Source: a virus
Taxonomy: Duplodnaviria > Caudoviricetes
DNA length: 24,417 bases
Strand: one strand, 5' to 3'
Virus record (IMG/VR): IMGVR_UViG_3300032233_002931
Coordinates: 1 to 24,417 of that record
Shown: positions 6,871-14,975 of the stretch, piece after piece
Layout of the letters: each line of letters begins with the position of its first letter
Numbering within the stretch: position 1 is the first letter of the stretch
Notes under the pieces: generated by a model
The model's input: only the letters and a program-made list of their open reading frames with translations
The model's database searches: none
Told to the model about the DNA's origin: nothing
Program-made: the position numbers and the translations under genes

Positions 6871-8163
6871 TTAGTATTTAATACAAGGAAGAAGTGCTAA
6901 GTTGCGTGGACGGGTTTCAGTTGCAGTAGAAACGATTGAAAGTGAAGTTGCACCAGTGGTTCTTGAGTAATTATTTGTTCCAGTCCATGCACCACCGCCA
7001 CCAGCACCACCGCCAGTATTGGAGTTACTTTCATCAGTATAACTATGACTGTGACTTGATGGTGAAACACTCAAGTCATTTGCTGATGTTGCAAAATTCT
7101 GAGAAGAACCAAAGGATCTTCCACTATCAACACCAACTCTGTCATTAGACCAACCACGAATAAACTCACCTCTTAAATCTGGAAGTTTTCCTGCAGGACC
7201 ATAGCTACTTCCAATAATTAAGTAAAGAGCAGAGAAGTCAGCAGTAATTCCCTGAACCGTTCCAACTCCAAACGGAACAGTATCGCCATTACAAACCAAA
7301 TATCCTGATGGTGCAAATTGTGATGCAAAGTGAAAAACAGCACCAGTAGGAACAACTCCAACTCCATTAAATGATGTTGCTGTTACAACTCCACTTACAC
7401 TCATTCCGCTTGAGTTTACAGTAGTGTTGAAAACATTAATGCCGCTGGTTGTAATCGTGACACCAGAACCTATGTTAATTCTATTGGTAGAACTGTTGAT
7501 ATTGATACTTCCAAATGTACCAACTCCAGTAACAACAATATTTGAAGAATTTAAATTAGAAACTGTCGCAACACCTGTGATGATTGTAGAACCAGAAACA
7601 TCAACAGAACCTCTAACAGTCAATGTTGATGTTGGATTTGTGGTACCAACTCCAACATTACCTAAAGTATGAATACCCGCTGAAGTCTTAGGCCAATAGT
7701 TAATTGAGTTATCTGATATTGCACTAACAGTACAGATTCCAGCAGAAATTGGGGATACGTTAATATTTTCTGTAAAATTAATTGTTGATGCAGTTCCTAC
7801 AGTAACACCAGCATATTTGATAACAATACCAGAAGATCCTGAACCAACTACATTAGTCAGTCCAGAACCATCTCCAATAAAAATATTTGCTCTAACAACA
7901 CCCGTATTTCCATCAGCAGAAATATTGGAACCAAAATTTGCAGTATTGGTTAACGATCTGATAGTAATTCCAGACCCAACATTAATTTGATTGGATGTTA
8001 CATTACCTGTCAAAGGTCCAAGAAAAGTACCTGCTTCAATAGTACCTCCTTGAACGTCCAATTTTACATCTGGCGTAGTACTACCTACTCCTACATTATT
8101 ATTTTCACTAACTGTAAATATATTACTATTAGATAATCTTGAAGAATCTCTTGCTCTTGACAT
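6871..8163 (-). CDS. tail fibre with phage tail collar domain (paralogue B)
   Basis: The N-terminal ~200 aa are clearly paralogous to 5673..6851. Collar motif VPTGAVFHFA...PSGYLVCNG...LPDLRGEFIRGW...D.GR.FGS.Q, HSH motif, and C-terminal ETRPRNLALLPCIKY. Confidence 0.88.
   Translation of the reverse strand: MSRARDSSRLSNSNIFTVSENNNVGVGSTTPDVKLDVQGGTIEAGTFLGPLTGNVTSNQINVGSGITIRSLTNTANFGSNISADGNTGVVRANIFIGDGSGLTNVVGSGSSGIVIKYAGVTVGTASTINFTENINVSPISAGICTVSAISDNSINYWPKTSAGIHTLGNVGVGTTNPTSTLTVRGSVDVSGSTIITGVATVSNLNSSNIVVTGVGTFGSININSSTNRINIGSGVTITTSGINVFNTTVNSSGMSVSGVVTATSFNGVGVVPTGAVFHFASQFAPSGYLVCNGDTVPFGVGTVQGITADFSALYLIIGSSYGPAGKLPDLRGEFIRGWSNDRVGVDSGRSFGSSQNFATSANDLSVSPSSHSHSYTDESNSNTGGGAGGGGAWTGTNNYSRTTGATSLSIVSTATETRPRNLALLPCIKY
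6875..6882 (-). promoter_or_regulatory. probable late promoter (ATTAAATA) inside the last codons of the upstream gene
   Basis: The codons ATT AAA TAC TAA contain TAAATA, 23 nt before the ATG at 6851, the same spacing as the other late promoters. Confidence 0.55.
7822..7875. repeat. 54-bp perfect direct repeat, copy 2
   Basis: Identical to 6510-6563. Confidence 0.9.
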
Positions 8164-8181
8164 ATCACACGACCTTTTAGT

Positions 8182-8189
8182 TATTTATC
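8182..8189 (-). promoter_or_regulatory. T4-type late promoter (GATAAATA)
   Basis: Immediately after the oxygenase stop, 18 nt before the ATG at 8163. Confidence 0.7.
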
Positions 8190-8807
8190 TTATCTAGCAG
8201 CATCAAAAGAACAATGAACTCTTTCACCATCAGACAGGACATAATGAAAAAAGATTTGATGATAATAATCTTCATTTTTGTTCCACCAAGTCTTCTTCTT
8301 ACCTGGCATTGGTTCTCTCCAATGAGGACGTTCGCATCCTTTATAAATCACACCATCTCCAGGTTGTAAGTTTAAAGAAACATTTCTTCCATCTGGAGTT
8401 TCAATGCAAATAGGCCATGTTTTTTTGATGGATGTGCTTATATGTACTGACACTGAGATTTCACATGCATCTCTATCAACATGTTTAGTTAATTCCTGCC
8501 CTGGAAAATAAAACCGATCATAATAATAAGTATTATTCAATTTTCTCCCAAGAATACTCTCTAGTTTTATTCTTATTTGTGAGTGTACTTCTTTATATTG
8601 TGGGTGAGAATACCTTGCAAGAGAACCATTGACCTGAGATTCTTCTCCAATGTGCTGAAATTTATCTACAGATCCATAGAAATTAATTTGCCCCCTTTCT
8701 TCTGGAACTGAATGATACAATTTTTGTGGATCATACAATCCTTTTACTAAAAAATATCCATTTTCATCAAAATATTCATTGTGAGTCCAAGATGTTGTAT
8801 TTTTCAT
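8190..8807 (-). CDS. putative 2OG-Fe(II) dioxygenase
   Basis: LTKHVDR..CEISVSV (HxD), L.PGDGVIYKG....HWRE (distal H) and QIFFHYV. Start moved to the ATG at 8807, 1 nt after the upstream stop. Confidence 0.8.
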   Translation of the reverse strand: MKNTTSWTHNEYFDENGYFLVKGLYDPQKLYHSVPEERGQINFYGSVDKFQHIGEESQVNGSLARYSHPQYKEVHSQIRIKLESILGRKLNNTYYYDRFYFPGQELTKHVDRDACEISVSVHISTSIKKTWPICIETPDGRNVSLNLQPGDGVIYKGCERPHWREPMPGKKKTWWNKNEDYYHQIFFHYVLSDGERVHCSFDAAR

Positions 8808-8808
8808 A

Positions 8809-9429
8809 TTACTTCCAGCGAGGACCAACAACCCAACCCACAATGCTCTTACGAACACCTTTGGTTACTTTCAAAACTCTATGTTGTGCTCTAGAATCAA
8901 AAAGGATAATTGAACCACGCTTTCTTGGAGCAAAATATGATTTTCCACTATCATCAATAAACTGCACGTTTCCACCTTCATAATCATCTGGGTCGGAAAG
9001 TTGTAAACTGAATGACAGTTTTCTTATCAGTTCAATATTCTCATTCACAAAATCATTTGCAAGACCTTCTGCACGGTTACCAACTGATTGTGGTTTGTAA
9101 TGAGTTGAAAGACCGGAATCATTATGCCAACTATAGAACTGCCCTTCACCATAACGGGTATATTGAAGACTTTCCCCATCAATATTCCTCAAATCATACA
9201 AAAAGTTCTCACGATTTGCACGTTGAACGTAATGCCATAGGAAACCAGCAACCCAATGATGAGTTGGAATCCATGCATTTTGCGAGTTACGTTTTTCTTT
9301 ATTCAGGGCATCTCCATGTAATTTAGAGTCTCCCATTGATAAGTCAAACTTTTCTGTCAGATCTTTTTCAATGATATCTACAATATCTTTTGGAATATCT
9401 GTAAAATACCAAATGGACTGATATGCCAT
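8809..9429 (-). CDS. 2OG-Fe(II) dioxygenase (PKHD / prolyl-4-hydroxylase-like)
   Basis: LQYTRY..GQFY.WHND, RKLSFSLQLS.PDDYEGG, G..ILFDSR..HRV..VT.G.RKSIVGWV.GP. Confidence 0.9.
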   Translation of the reverse strand: MAYQSIWYFTDIPKDIVDIIEKDLTEKFDLSMGDSKLHGDALNKEKRNSQNAWIPTHHWVAGFLWHYVQRANRENFLYDLRNIDGESLQYTRYGEGQFYSWHNDSGLSTHYKPQSVGNRAEGLANDFVNENIELIRKLSFSLQLSDPDDYEGGNVQFIDDSGKSYFAPRKRGSIILFDSRAQHRVLKVTKGVRKSIVGWVVGPRWK

Positions 9430-9454
9430 ATCAAATTTATTTTATTATGCAGTA

Positions 9455-9483
9455 ATTATAAAATGTTTAATTTATATTGTCAA
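9455..9483 (-). promoter_or_regulatory. perfect-consensus sigma70 promoter
   Basis: Minus strand TTGACA (9483-9478), 17-bp spacer, TATAAT (9460-9455), 25 nt upstream of the ATG at 9429. Confidence 0.9.
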
Positions 9484-9485
9484 GT

Positions 9486-10367
9486 TTACCATAAAATAGA
9501 TCCTGGACTATCAAAAATGTAGATATTATATCCACCATATGAAACAAGTTCTGTGACTGAAGTTCCTGTATAACTAAAAGCTTTTGAATATGAATCTGGA
9601 TATCTAAGTACTACTCTCCCTCTACCACCACTACCACCACCAGCATTTGTACCTCCTCCACCACCAGATCCACTTCCATCTACAGCAGGAGATCCACTAC
9701 CATAATGCCCGCCATTTCCAGCAGTTGGTCCACCTCCACCACCAGCTCCATATGAATCAGAACCTCCACCACCTCCTGCTGCATAATGAAAGTTTGTTCC
9801 GCTTATAGAATTATAAATTCCCGATCCTCCACCACCACCATAAGCAATACCATACTGGGCGCTTCCAAAGGGAACTGATCCACCTGCGCCATTAGCACCT
9901 CCTCCTCCACCACCAGCTCCTTGATATGGATTGTAGTGTCCGTGATTACCAGATCCTCCAGGATATCCTTGTCCTCCAGTTCCAACTCCACCTTTAAAGT
10001 AGTCATCATTTGGACTATCTCCTTGACTCCCACCACCCGATCCACCAGGATTACCTGGAACACTGTTTCCAGTACCTCCCCCATAAGAAATTATTGTTCC
10101 TGATGGGGACGTTAAAGTTGATGGTGACCCATTACTATTACCACCACCACCAGCACCAACAGTAATTGAGTATGGAGAATCGGAAGGAATAGAACCTACC
10201 AAATAACCACCAGCACCACCACCTCCACCACCTCTTTCAGCACCTCCACCACCTCCACCACCACCGACTACAAGATACTCAACTGTAGGTGGGGGTGATG
10301 AAGATCTCCCTCTTTTCTTTTTGGAAATCCCTACTGTTCTAGAAAATCCACTGACTAATGGTGCCAT
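9486..10367 (-). CDS. glycine-rich (polyglycine) putative tail adhesin
   Basis: VEYLVVGGGGGGG...GGAGG, YSITVGAGG, YAAGGGGG and GGSGG.G.VVLRYP motifs of the phage glycine-rich domain. N-terminus MAPLVSGFSRTVGISKKKRG. Confidence 0.8.
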   Translation of the reverse strand: MAPLVSGFSRTVGISKKKRGRSSSPPPTVEYLVVGGGGGGGGAERGGGGGGAGGYLVGSIPSDSPYSITVGAGGGGNSNGSPSTLTSPSGTIISYGGGTGNSVPGNPGGSGGGSQGDSPNDDYFKGGVGTGGQGYPGGSGNHGHYNPYQGAGGGGGGANGAGGSVPFGSAQYGIAYGGGGGSGIYNSISGTNFHYAAGGGGGSDSYGAGGGGGPTAGNGGHYGSGSPAVDGSGSGGGGGTNAGGGSGGRGRVVLRYPDSYSKAFSYTGTSVTELVSYGGYNIYIFDSPGSILW

Positions 10368-10368
10368 A

Positions 10369-11214
10369 TTAGGGTGTGTATACTGTTAATACTACTCTTG
10401 AATTTTGACCAGAACTACCAGCACTTCCGCGATTTGGATCAGATTCATTTGTAAATGAAGAAGTTGTTCCACTGACTATATATCCACCATTAACATATCC
10501 AGATCCGCCCCCGCCACCTGATGCATTTCTAGTGCCACTTCCAAAGTCATTACCACCACCACCACCATAACCACCATAATAACCTCCTCCTCCACCACCA
10601 CCACCGCCAGCATTATCAGCTCCACTTGTTTGACCCGATCCCCCTGTTCCACCTTGCAGATATCCAGCACCACTACCTTGAGATCCTCCCCCACCCCCTT
10701 GAGATCCGATTTGAGAATCTGAAGAAGTTGTGCCTGGTGATCCTGAAGACCCACCACCTCCACCACCTGGAGAATATCCATGCCCTCTACCTCCTCCACC
10801 ACCACCGCCTGCAATCAATAGTGGAGTTCCACCAATAAAAACGCCAGCATATCCACCACCAGGCTCACCATTTCCAACCCAACCATATCCAGTACCACCA
10901 GATCCTCTACCAGCATTGAGTTGAATTGTGTAAGTTGTTGATGAATCTGCATATAAAGCACCAGTGGAATATCCACCAGTACATCCACCACCACCTTGTC
11001 CCCACATTTTGATGGTTACAAGTTTACTTGTTGTGGGTATTATTGTGTAGGTTGTTGAATTGGCAGCATCTAGAATGAGGGGTCCATCATCTTCCAAATT
11101 CCAAACAGATTTTCCAGAAATTGGTGGAGTAATTGAAAATTGTGTGGCACCTACTCTCTTCTTTTTAGATGAAGATCTTACTATTGCTTTTGAAAATCCA
11201 GATGATAGTGGCAT
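10369..11214 (-). CDS. glycine-rich (polyglycine) putative tail adhesin
   Basis: IKMWGQGG, GGGYAGVF, LLIAGGGGGGG, GGGYYGG.GGG and GGGGGSGYV (ALK/LTK-like glycine-rich domain pattern). N-terminus MPLSSGFSKAIVRSSSKKKRVG. Confidence 0.8.
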   Translation of the reverse strand: MPLSSGFSKAIVRSSSKKKRVGATQFSITPPISGKSVWNLEDDGPLILDAANSTTYTIIPTTSKLVTIKMWGQGGGGCTGGYSTGALYADSSTTYTIQLNAGRGSGGTGYGWVGNGEPGGGYAGVFIGGTPLLIAGGGGGGGRGHGYSPGGGGGGSSGSPGTTSSDSQIGSQGGGGGSQGSGAGYLQGGTGGSGQTSGADNAGGGGGGGGGYYGGYGGGGGNDFGSGTRNASGGGGGSGYVNGGYIVSGTTSSFTNESDPNRGSAGSSGQNSRVVLTVYTP

Positions 11215-11215
11215 C

Positions 11216-11980
11216 TTAATATTCTTCCAGGTAAGTAACCTTTACTACGATCAATCCACCAGATCCTCCCCCACCACCAGCACCACTTGAAGTATTTCCA
11301 TCATATTCAGCACCACCTCCTCCACCTCCACCGCCTGCTCCATATCCACTCCCACCAGCGCCGCCTGTTCCGCCATAGCGATATGCATTTCCACCAGCAC
11401 TTGTTACTGTAGATCCAGTTCCACCGGGAGATCCAGAATTACCTGGAACAGAAGGAAGATTTGCTGCTGGCAAAGTTCCATTTGGAGAAAAATAAACTCC
11501 ACCAGCTCCACCAAAACCGCCGTCTCCAGCAAAACCATCTCCACCTGGAGTTCCACTAGAACCTTGTGAATATGTTGTAATAGTGTAATCACTAAAAACA
11601 TCTCTAACTGCTTGGGGAATTGTTAAATTTGTTCCACTTGGTCCAGAAACTGGTGTTGGATAATTTGTTCCAATTGATATTGGTGCTGGACCTCCGCCTG
11701 GTTGATTTAATGAGACACTTACATATCCACTTGGTCCACCATTTCCACCAGTTCCACCATTATCTGACAGTGGAATTCCAGGAGCTCCTGAACCTCCGCC
11801 ATTACCGGATGTAATGCTAAAATAATCAACTTGTTGGATTTGTGGAATGGGATTTAAATCAAGAGTTCCTGAAGAAATAAATTGGAAGTATTTTTTAACT
11901 AGTCGCAGTCGTATATTTCTTTTTTTGCCAAATCCACCACCTCCAACACCTCTTGTAAACCCACTAAAAAATGGTGCCAT
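11216..11980 (-). CDS. glycine-rich putative tail adhesin
   Basis: G-x-x-G runs, GYGAGGGGGGGG and GGGGGSGGLIVV. N-terminus MAPFFSGFTRGVGGGGFGKKR. Confidence 0.75.
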   Translation of the reverse strand: MAPFFSGFTRGVGGGGFGKKRNIRLRLVKKYFQFISSGTLDLNPIPQIQQVDYFSITSGNGGGSGAPGIPLSDNGGTGGNGGPSGYVSVSLNQPGGGPAPISIGTNYPTPVSGPSGTNLTIPQAVRDVFSDYTITTYSQGSSGTPGGDGFAGDGGFGGAGGVYFSPNGTLPAANLPSVPGNSGSPGGTGSTVTSAGGNAYRYGGTGGAGGSGYGAGGGGGGGGAEYDGNTSSGAGGGGGSGGLIVVKVTYLEEY

Positions 11981-11982
11981 AA

Positions 11983-13146
11983 TTAGAAACCTACTGAACC
12001 GTATCTAAATCCTGTATTGTTTGTTGCATAAACCTTATAGTTTGAGACTGTACCAGTTCCAGAACCATTATAATGAACCATAAAACTTACAATATCTACA
12101 TCAAGTGCTGTTGTTGAAAGTGTAATTGTGGATGCTGTTGCAACTCTGGAAGTCGTTGTAAATCCACTTACACCATAAGGAGTTAATCTTACATTAGTTC
12201 CAATACCAGTTAATGCAGTTGTATTTGCAGTTCCTGTTGCATTTTGTGTAAACAGAATTGTAAAAGTTGTTGCAGAATTCTTCGTGGCTGGGAAGTTTTT
12301 GAGTGATGTAATTCCAACAATCCCATTTGCTAAGTCGTGCGTAAAGACAGTACCGTTTCGGGCATCACATTCTAATATAACTTTACCACCACCCAAGTTA
12401 TAAGTAGAACCAACACTGACTGTTTCTACTGCACCTTTGATATCAATACCATTACTGAATGCAAAATCGTCGGAATTGTTATTCCAAGTAATAGTTTTAT
12501 TGGTCGTTCCATAAATCGTGATACCTGCACCATCAGCAGTTATATCGGATGGAGTACTTGTAGAACCAATACCAATATTCTTATCTGCTACTTCTAAACT
12601 TGTAGTATTTACAATTGTTTGAGTACCATTAACAGTCAGATTTCCCGAAAGTGTAAGTGCAGTGCCTACAATATTTCCAACAGTAATATTAGGACTTCCC
12701 GTTAATCCATATGCAGTTGCTGCTGCTGTTGCGGTGGATGCAGTGCCAGAAAGATTGAATGCAGTTGTCGCAAAAGCAACTGAAGTTGCAGCACCCGCGA
12801 TTGTGGTGACACCGATAACATTTAAGTTACCTTGAATATTAACTGTTCCCCCAAAGTTTACATTATCATCATTAGCATTGACTGCATCAGCAACTCTAAA
12901 AGTATCAAATACTTCAAATTCTAAAATATCTCCTATAGTTGCAGGAGATTGAAGAGTTACACTTGCACCATCTCTTGCAGTAAAATCAATTGCTTCAACT
13001 AATTTTGTACCATTTCTAAAGACCGCAATCTGGTTTAATCTATATCCACCAGTTACAGTGAATAAAGTTTGTGCGGCAGTAGAAACTACACTGATCGTTT
13101 TACTTGCAACATTTGATGTAAGTGTTATTGGATTTCCAATTGCCAT
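11983..13146 (-). CDS. tail fibre protein
   Basis: QT.FT..GY....I.VF.NG.KLVE..D..A.DG..V.L..PA..GDILE domain, A(T/S)xA shaft repeats, GNLTVNGTQTIVNTT.L.VADK module and the shared C-terminal domain. Confidence 0.82.
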   Translation of the reverse strand: MAIGNPITLTSNVASKTISVVSTAAQTLFTVTGGYRLNQIAVFRNGTKLVEAIDFTARDGASVTLQSPATIGDILEFEVFDTFRVADAVNANDDNVNFGGTVNIQGNLNVIGVTTIAGAATSVAFATTAFNLSGTASTATAAATAYGLTGSPNITVGNIVGTALTLSGNLTVNGTQTIVNTTSLEVADKNIGIGSTSTPSDITADGAGITIYGTTNKTITWNNNSDDFAFSNGIDIKGAVETVSVGSTYNLGGGKVILECDARNGTVFTHDLANGIVGITSLKNFPATKNSATTFTILFTQNATGTANTTALTGIGTNVRLTPYGVSGFTTTSRVATASTITLSTTALDVDIVSFMVHYNGSGTGTVSNYKVYATNNTGFRYGSVGF

Positions 13147-13166
13147 TTTATACTTACCTTTTTAAA

Positions 13167-13173
13167 TATTTAG
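13167..13173 (-). promoter_or_regulatory. probable late promoter (CTAAATA) overlapping the upstream stop codon
   Basis: atcTAAATAtttaaaaaggtaag, 20 nt before the ATG at 13146. Confidence 0.6.
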
Positions 13174-14420
13174 ATTAAACCACGGAAATCCGTGACTGCA
13201 AAACCAACAACAGTAAAACTGGTATTGGCAATGCTTGGGTTTCCATCATAAGAAACGATAAATGTTAAAATATCAAGAGCATTTGCCGAATTTGTAAGCA
13301 CAATTGTCGAACCAGTTCCAACTTTAATATGAGTACTATACCCAACACCACCTTGAGTGACGACAGTTGCCATCTGCATACCAATACCAGTACCTCCTGT
13401 AACATTATATGGAGTGCCACCTTGCTTCATTAGAACTGTAAAAGTTGTAGCTCCAGGTCTGTCTGTAGAAATGCCAGTGAATGAAACTATACCAATATTA
13501 TTAGACGTGGTATGAGTGAATACTGTTCCCTCACCAGCATTCAAAGATAAAACACTACCCGATCCAAGTGGTGTTGAAACTTGAGTTTCTACAAATCCTT
13601 TAATTTGTAGAGTTCCGCCAATACTTACAGTTTGTTTTACAATGTCAGTTCCAAGGCCAACTTTTTGGTTAAATACCCAGGCATTATCATTGTCATGCCA
13701 AATAAGTGTTTTTGCAGTAGTTGATGGACCAACAATTGAAGTATCAGATCCACCATAAACACTGATTCCTGACCGATCTGCAAACGCATCGGTGGTTGCT
13801 GATCTTGCAATACCAATAATTTTATCTTCTACATCCAATACTGAAGTATTCAGAATCGTAGAATCGCCTTGAATTGTAAGATTACCACCAACGACAAGAT
13901 TTCCATAAACATCAACATTTTGCATAGCAGTGAGACCGCCACCAACAGCAACGTCTGTTACTGAGATATTTGGGGATCCAAAAAGACCAGTCGCAAAAGT
14001 AGAAATACCTGCAGTTGATGCATATCCAGCCGTGGTTGCTGTTTGTGCTGTTTGTGCTGTTCCTGTAAGATTACCTACAATATTTGTAAAGTATGCGGTG
14101 TTTGCACTTAGAGATCCAGAAACTGATAGGTTACCAACAGTATTTGGATATGCAACACTATATGCTTTGTATGCAACTAACTCAAGGATATCACCAAATG
14201 CAGCAGGACTAGTTAAACTTATATTTTGCCCGTTAGATGCAAGATAATCATAACCTTCAACAAGTTTAGAACCGTTTAAATATGCATCAATATAACCAAT
14301 TTGATAACCGGCAGCAAATGTGAAAGTAGTTTGAACTCCAACAGGTTCAAATAATTGTTTAGCAACAACTATAGGACTATTTGCGGGATTATTACCAACG
14401 TAACCATATCTTTCTGACAT
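13170..14420 (-). CDS. tail fibre protein, paralogous in architecture to 11983..13146
   Basis: YGYVGNNP N-terminus, the same NG.KLVE/GDILE domain, TAxTA repeats, ILNT.VLDVEDK module and a related C-terminal domain. TGATG overlap with the upstream gene. Confidence 0.82.
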   Translation of the reverse strand: MSERYGYVGNNPANSPIVVAKQLFEPVGVQTTFTFAAGYQIGYIDAYLNGSKLVEGYDYLASNGQNISLTSPAAFGDILELVAYKAYSVAYPNTVGNLSVSGSLSANTAYFTNIVGNLTGTAQTAQTATTAGYASTAGISTFATGLFGSPNISVTDVAVGGGLTAMQNVDVYGNLVVGGNLTIQGDSTILNTSVLDVEDKIIGIARSATTDAFADRSGISVYGGSDTSIVGPSTTAKTLIWHDNDNAWVFNQKVGLGTDIVKQTVSIGGTLQIKGFVETQVSTPLGSGSVLSLNAGEGTVFTHTTSNNIGIVSFTGISTDRPGATTFTVLMKQGGTPYNVTGGTGIGMQMATVVTQGGVGYSTHIKVGTGSTIVLTNSANALDILTFIVSYDGNPSIANTSFTVVGFAVTDFRGLI

Positions 14421-14947
14421 CAGCTAACCCCCGTCAAAATGCTTAATGATACATCAAGTGCATTTTGTGCATCACAACCAACACGAACTTCATCGCCAGA
14501 ATTTAGAACAATTTTGCCAGCATCACTAATAATCAAAGAACTTCCTGCAGGAACAGGAACTTTATAGAGGAAATTGTAACTTGTTGATGCAGTTGCAACT
14601 TGAACCGTTGCTGCAACTTGATTGTTTGTATTATTTGAAATAGTACCACCAACTAAAATACTCTTAACACCCGTTGATGTGTATGCTGTTGTGAGACCAA
14701 TAAATCTTATAGTCTGTGCGTTTGAGGTGATGCTATTTGTTGAAGATCTATCAACTGCAATTTGACCTACTCCAACCGCAGTAATCTTTGTACCACCAAT
14801 ATGATTTGGTGTATCGACTAGTTGACCTATAGCAAGATTAACTGTAGAAATTCCAGAAATAACGGATGAATTTGCGCCAATATCTGCAGTGTATGAGGTT
14901 ACAAAACCTGCCGCTCTTACTAATGCATTTGTAAATGACTCTGCCAT
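14420..14947 (-). CDS. virion structural protein, putative fibre adaptor
   Basis: MA.SF.N start and YT......ILVG..ISN...VPVPAGSSL....GKIVL.SGD.V.V......LDV.LSIL. This beta-sandwich pattern is one I recall following fibres that end in AIALG. Confidence 0.65.
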   Translation of the reverse strand: MAESFTNALVRAAGFVTSYTADIGANSSVISGISTVNLAIGQLVDTPNHIGGTKITAVGVGQIAVDRSSTNSITSNAQTIRFIGLTTAYTSTGVKSILVGGTISNNTNNQVAATVQVATASTSYNFLYKVPVPAGSSLIISDAGKIVLNSGDEVRVGCDAQNALDVSLSILTGVS

Positions 14948-14967
14948 TGTTCTTTATGTGATGTGTA

Positions 14968-14975
14968 TATTTATT
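14968..14975 (-). promoter_or_regulatory. T4-type late promoter (AATAAATA)
   Basis: Overlaps the upstream stop (TAATAAATA), 20 nt before the ATG at 14947. Confidence 0.7.

Noticed and set aside
5673-8163. Diversity-generating retroelement (TR/VR) or invertible shufflon explanation for the fibre repeats
   Set aside because: Differences between the paralogues are mostly synonymous and not adenine-specific. The repeats are direct and both copies are coding. There is no reverse transcriptase or recombinase in the window.
2502-8858. ORF-track starts at 2526, 3751, 4754 and 8858
   Set aside because: Each creates a long overlap with the upstream gene. The downstream ATGs (2502, 3715, 4724, 8807) sit at the upstream stop and match family N-termini.
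9486-11980. CCA/CCT trinucleotide runs as microsatellites or a CRISPR-like array, and higher GC as a sign of foreign DNA
   Set aside because: Polyglycine coding explains all of this. There is no repeat-spacer periodicity.
10310-11980. KKKR clusters as nuclear localisation signals, Tat signals or prepilin leaders
   Set aside because: The context is a bacteriophage, and no hydrophobic helix follows the basic patch.
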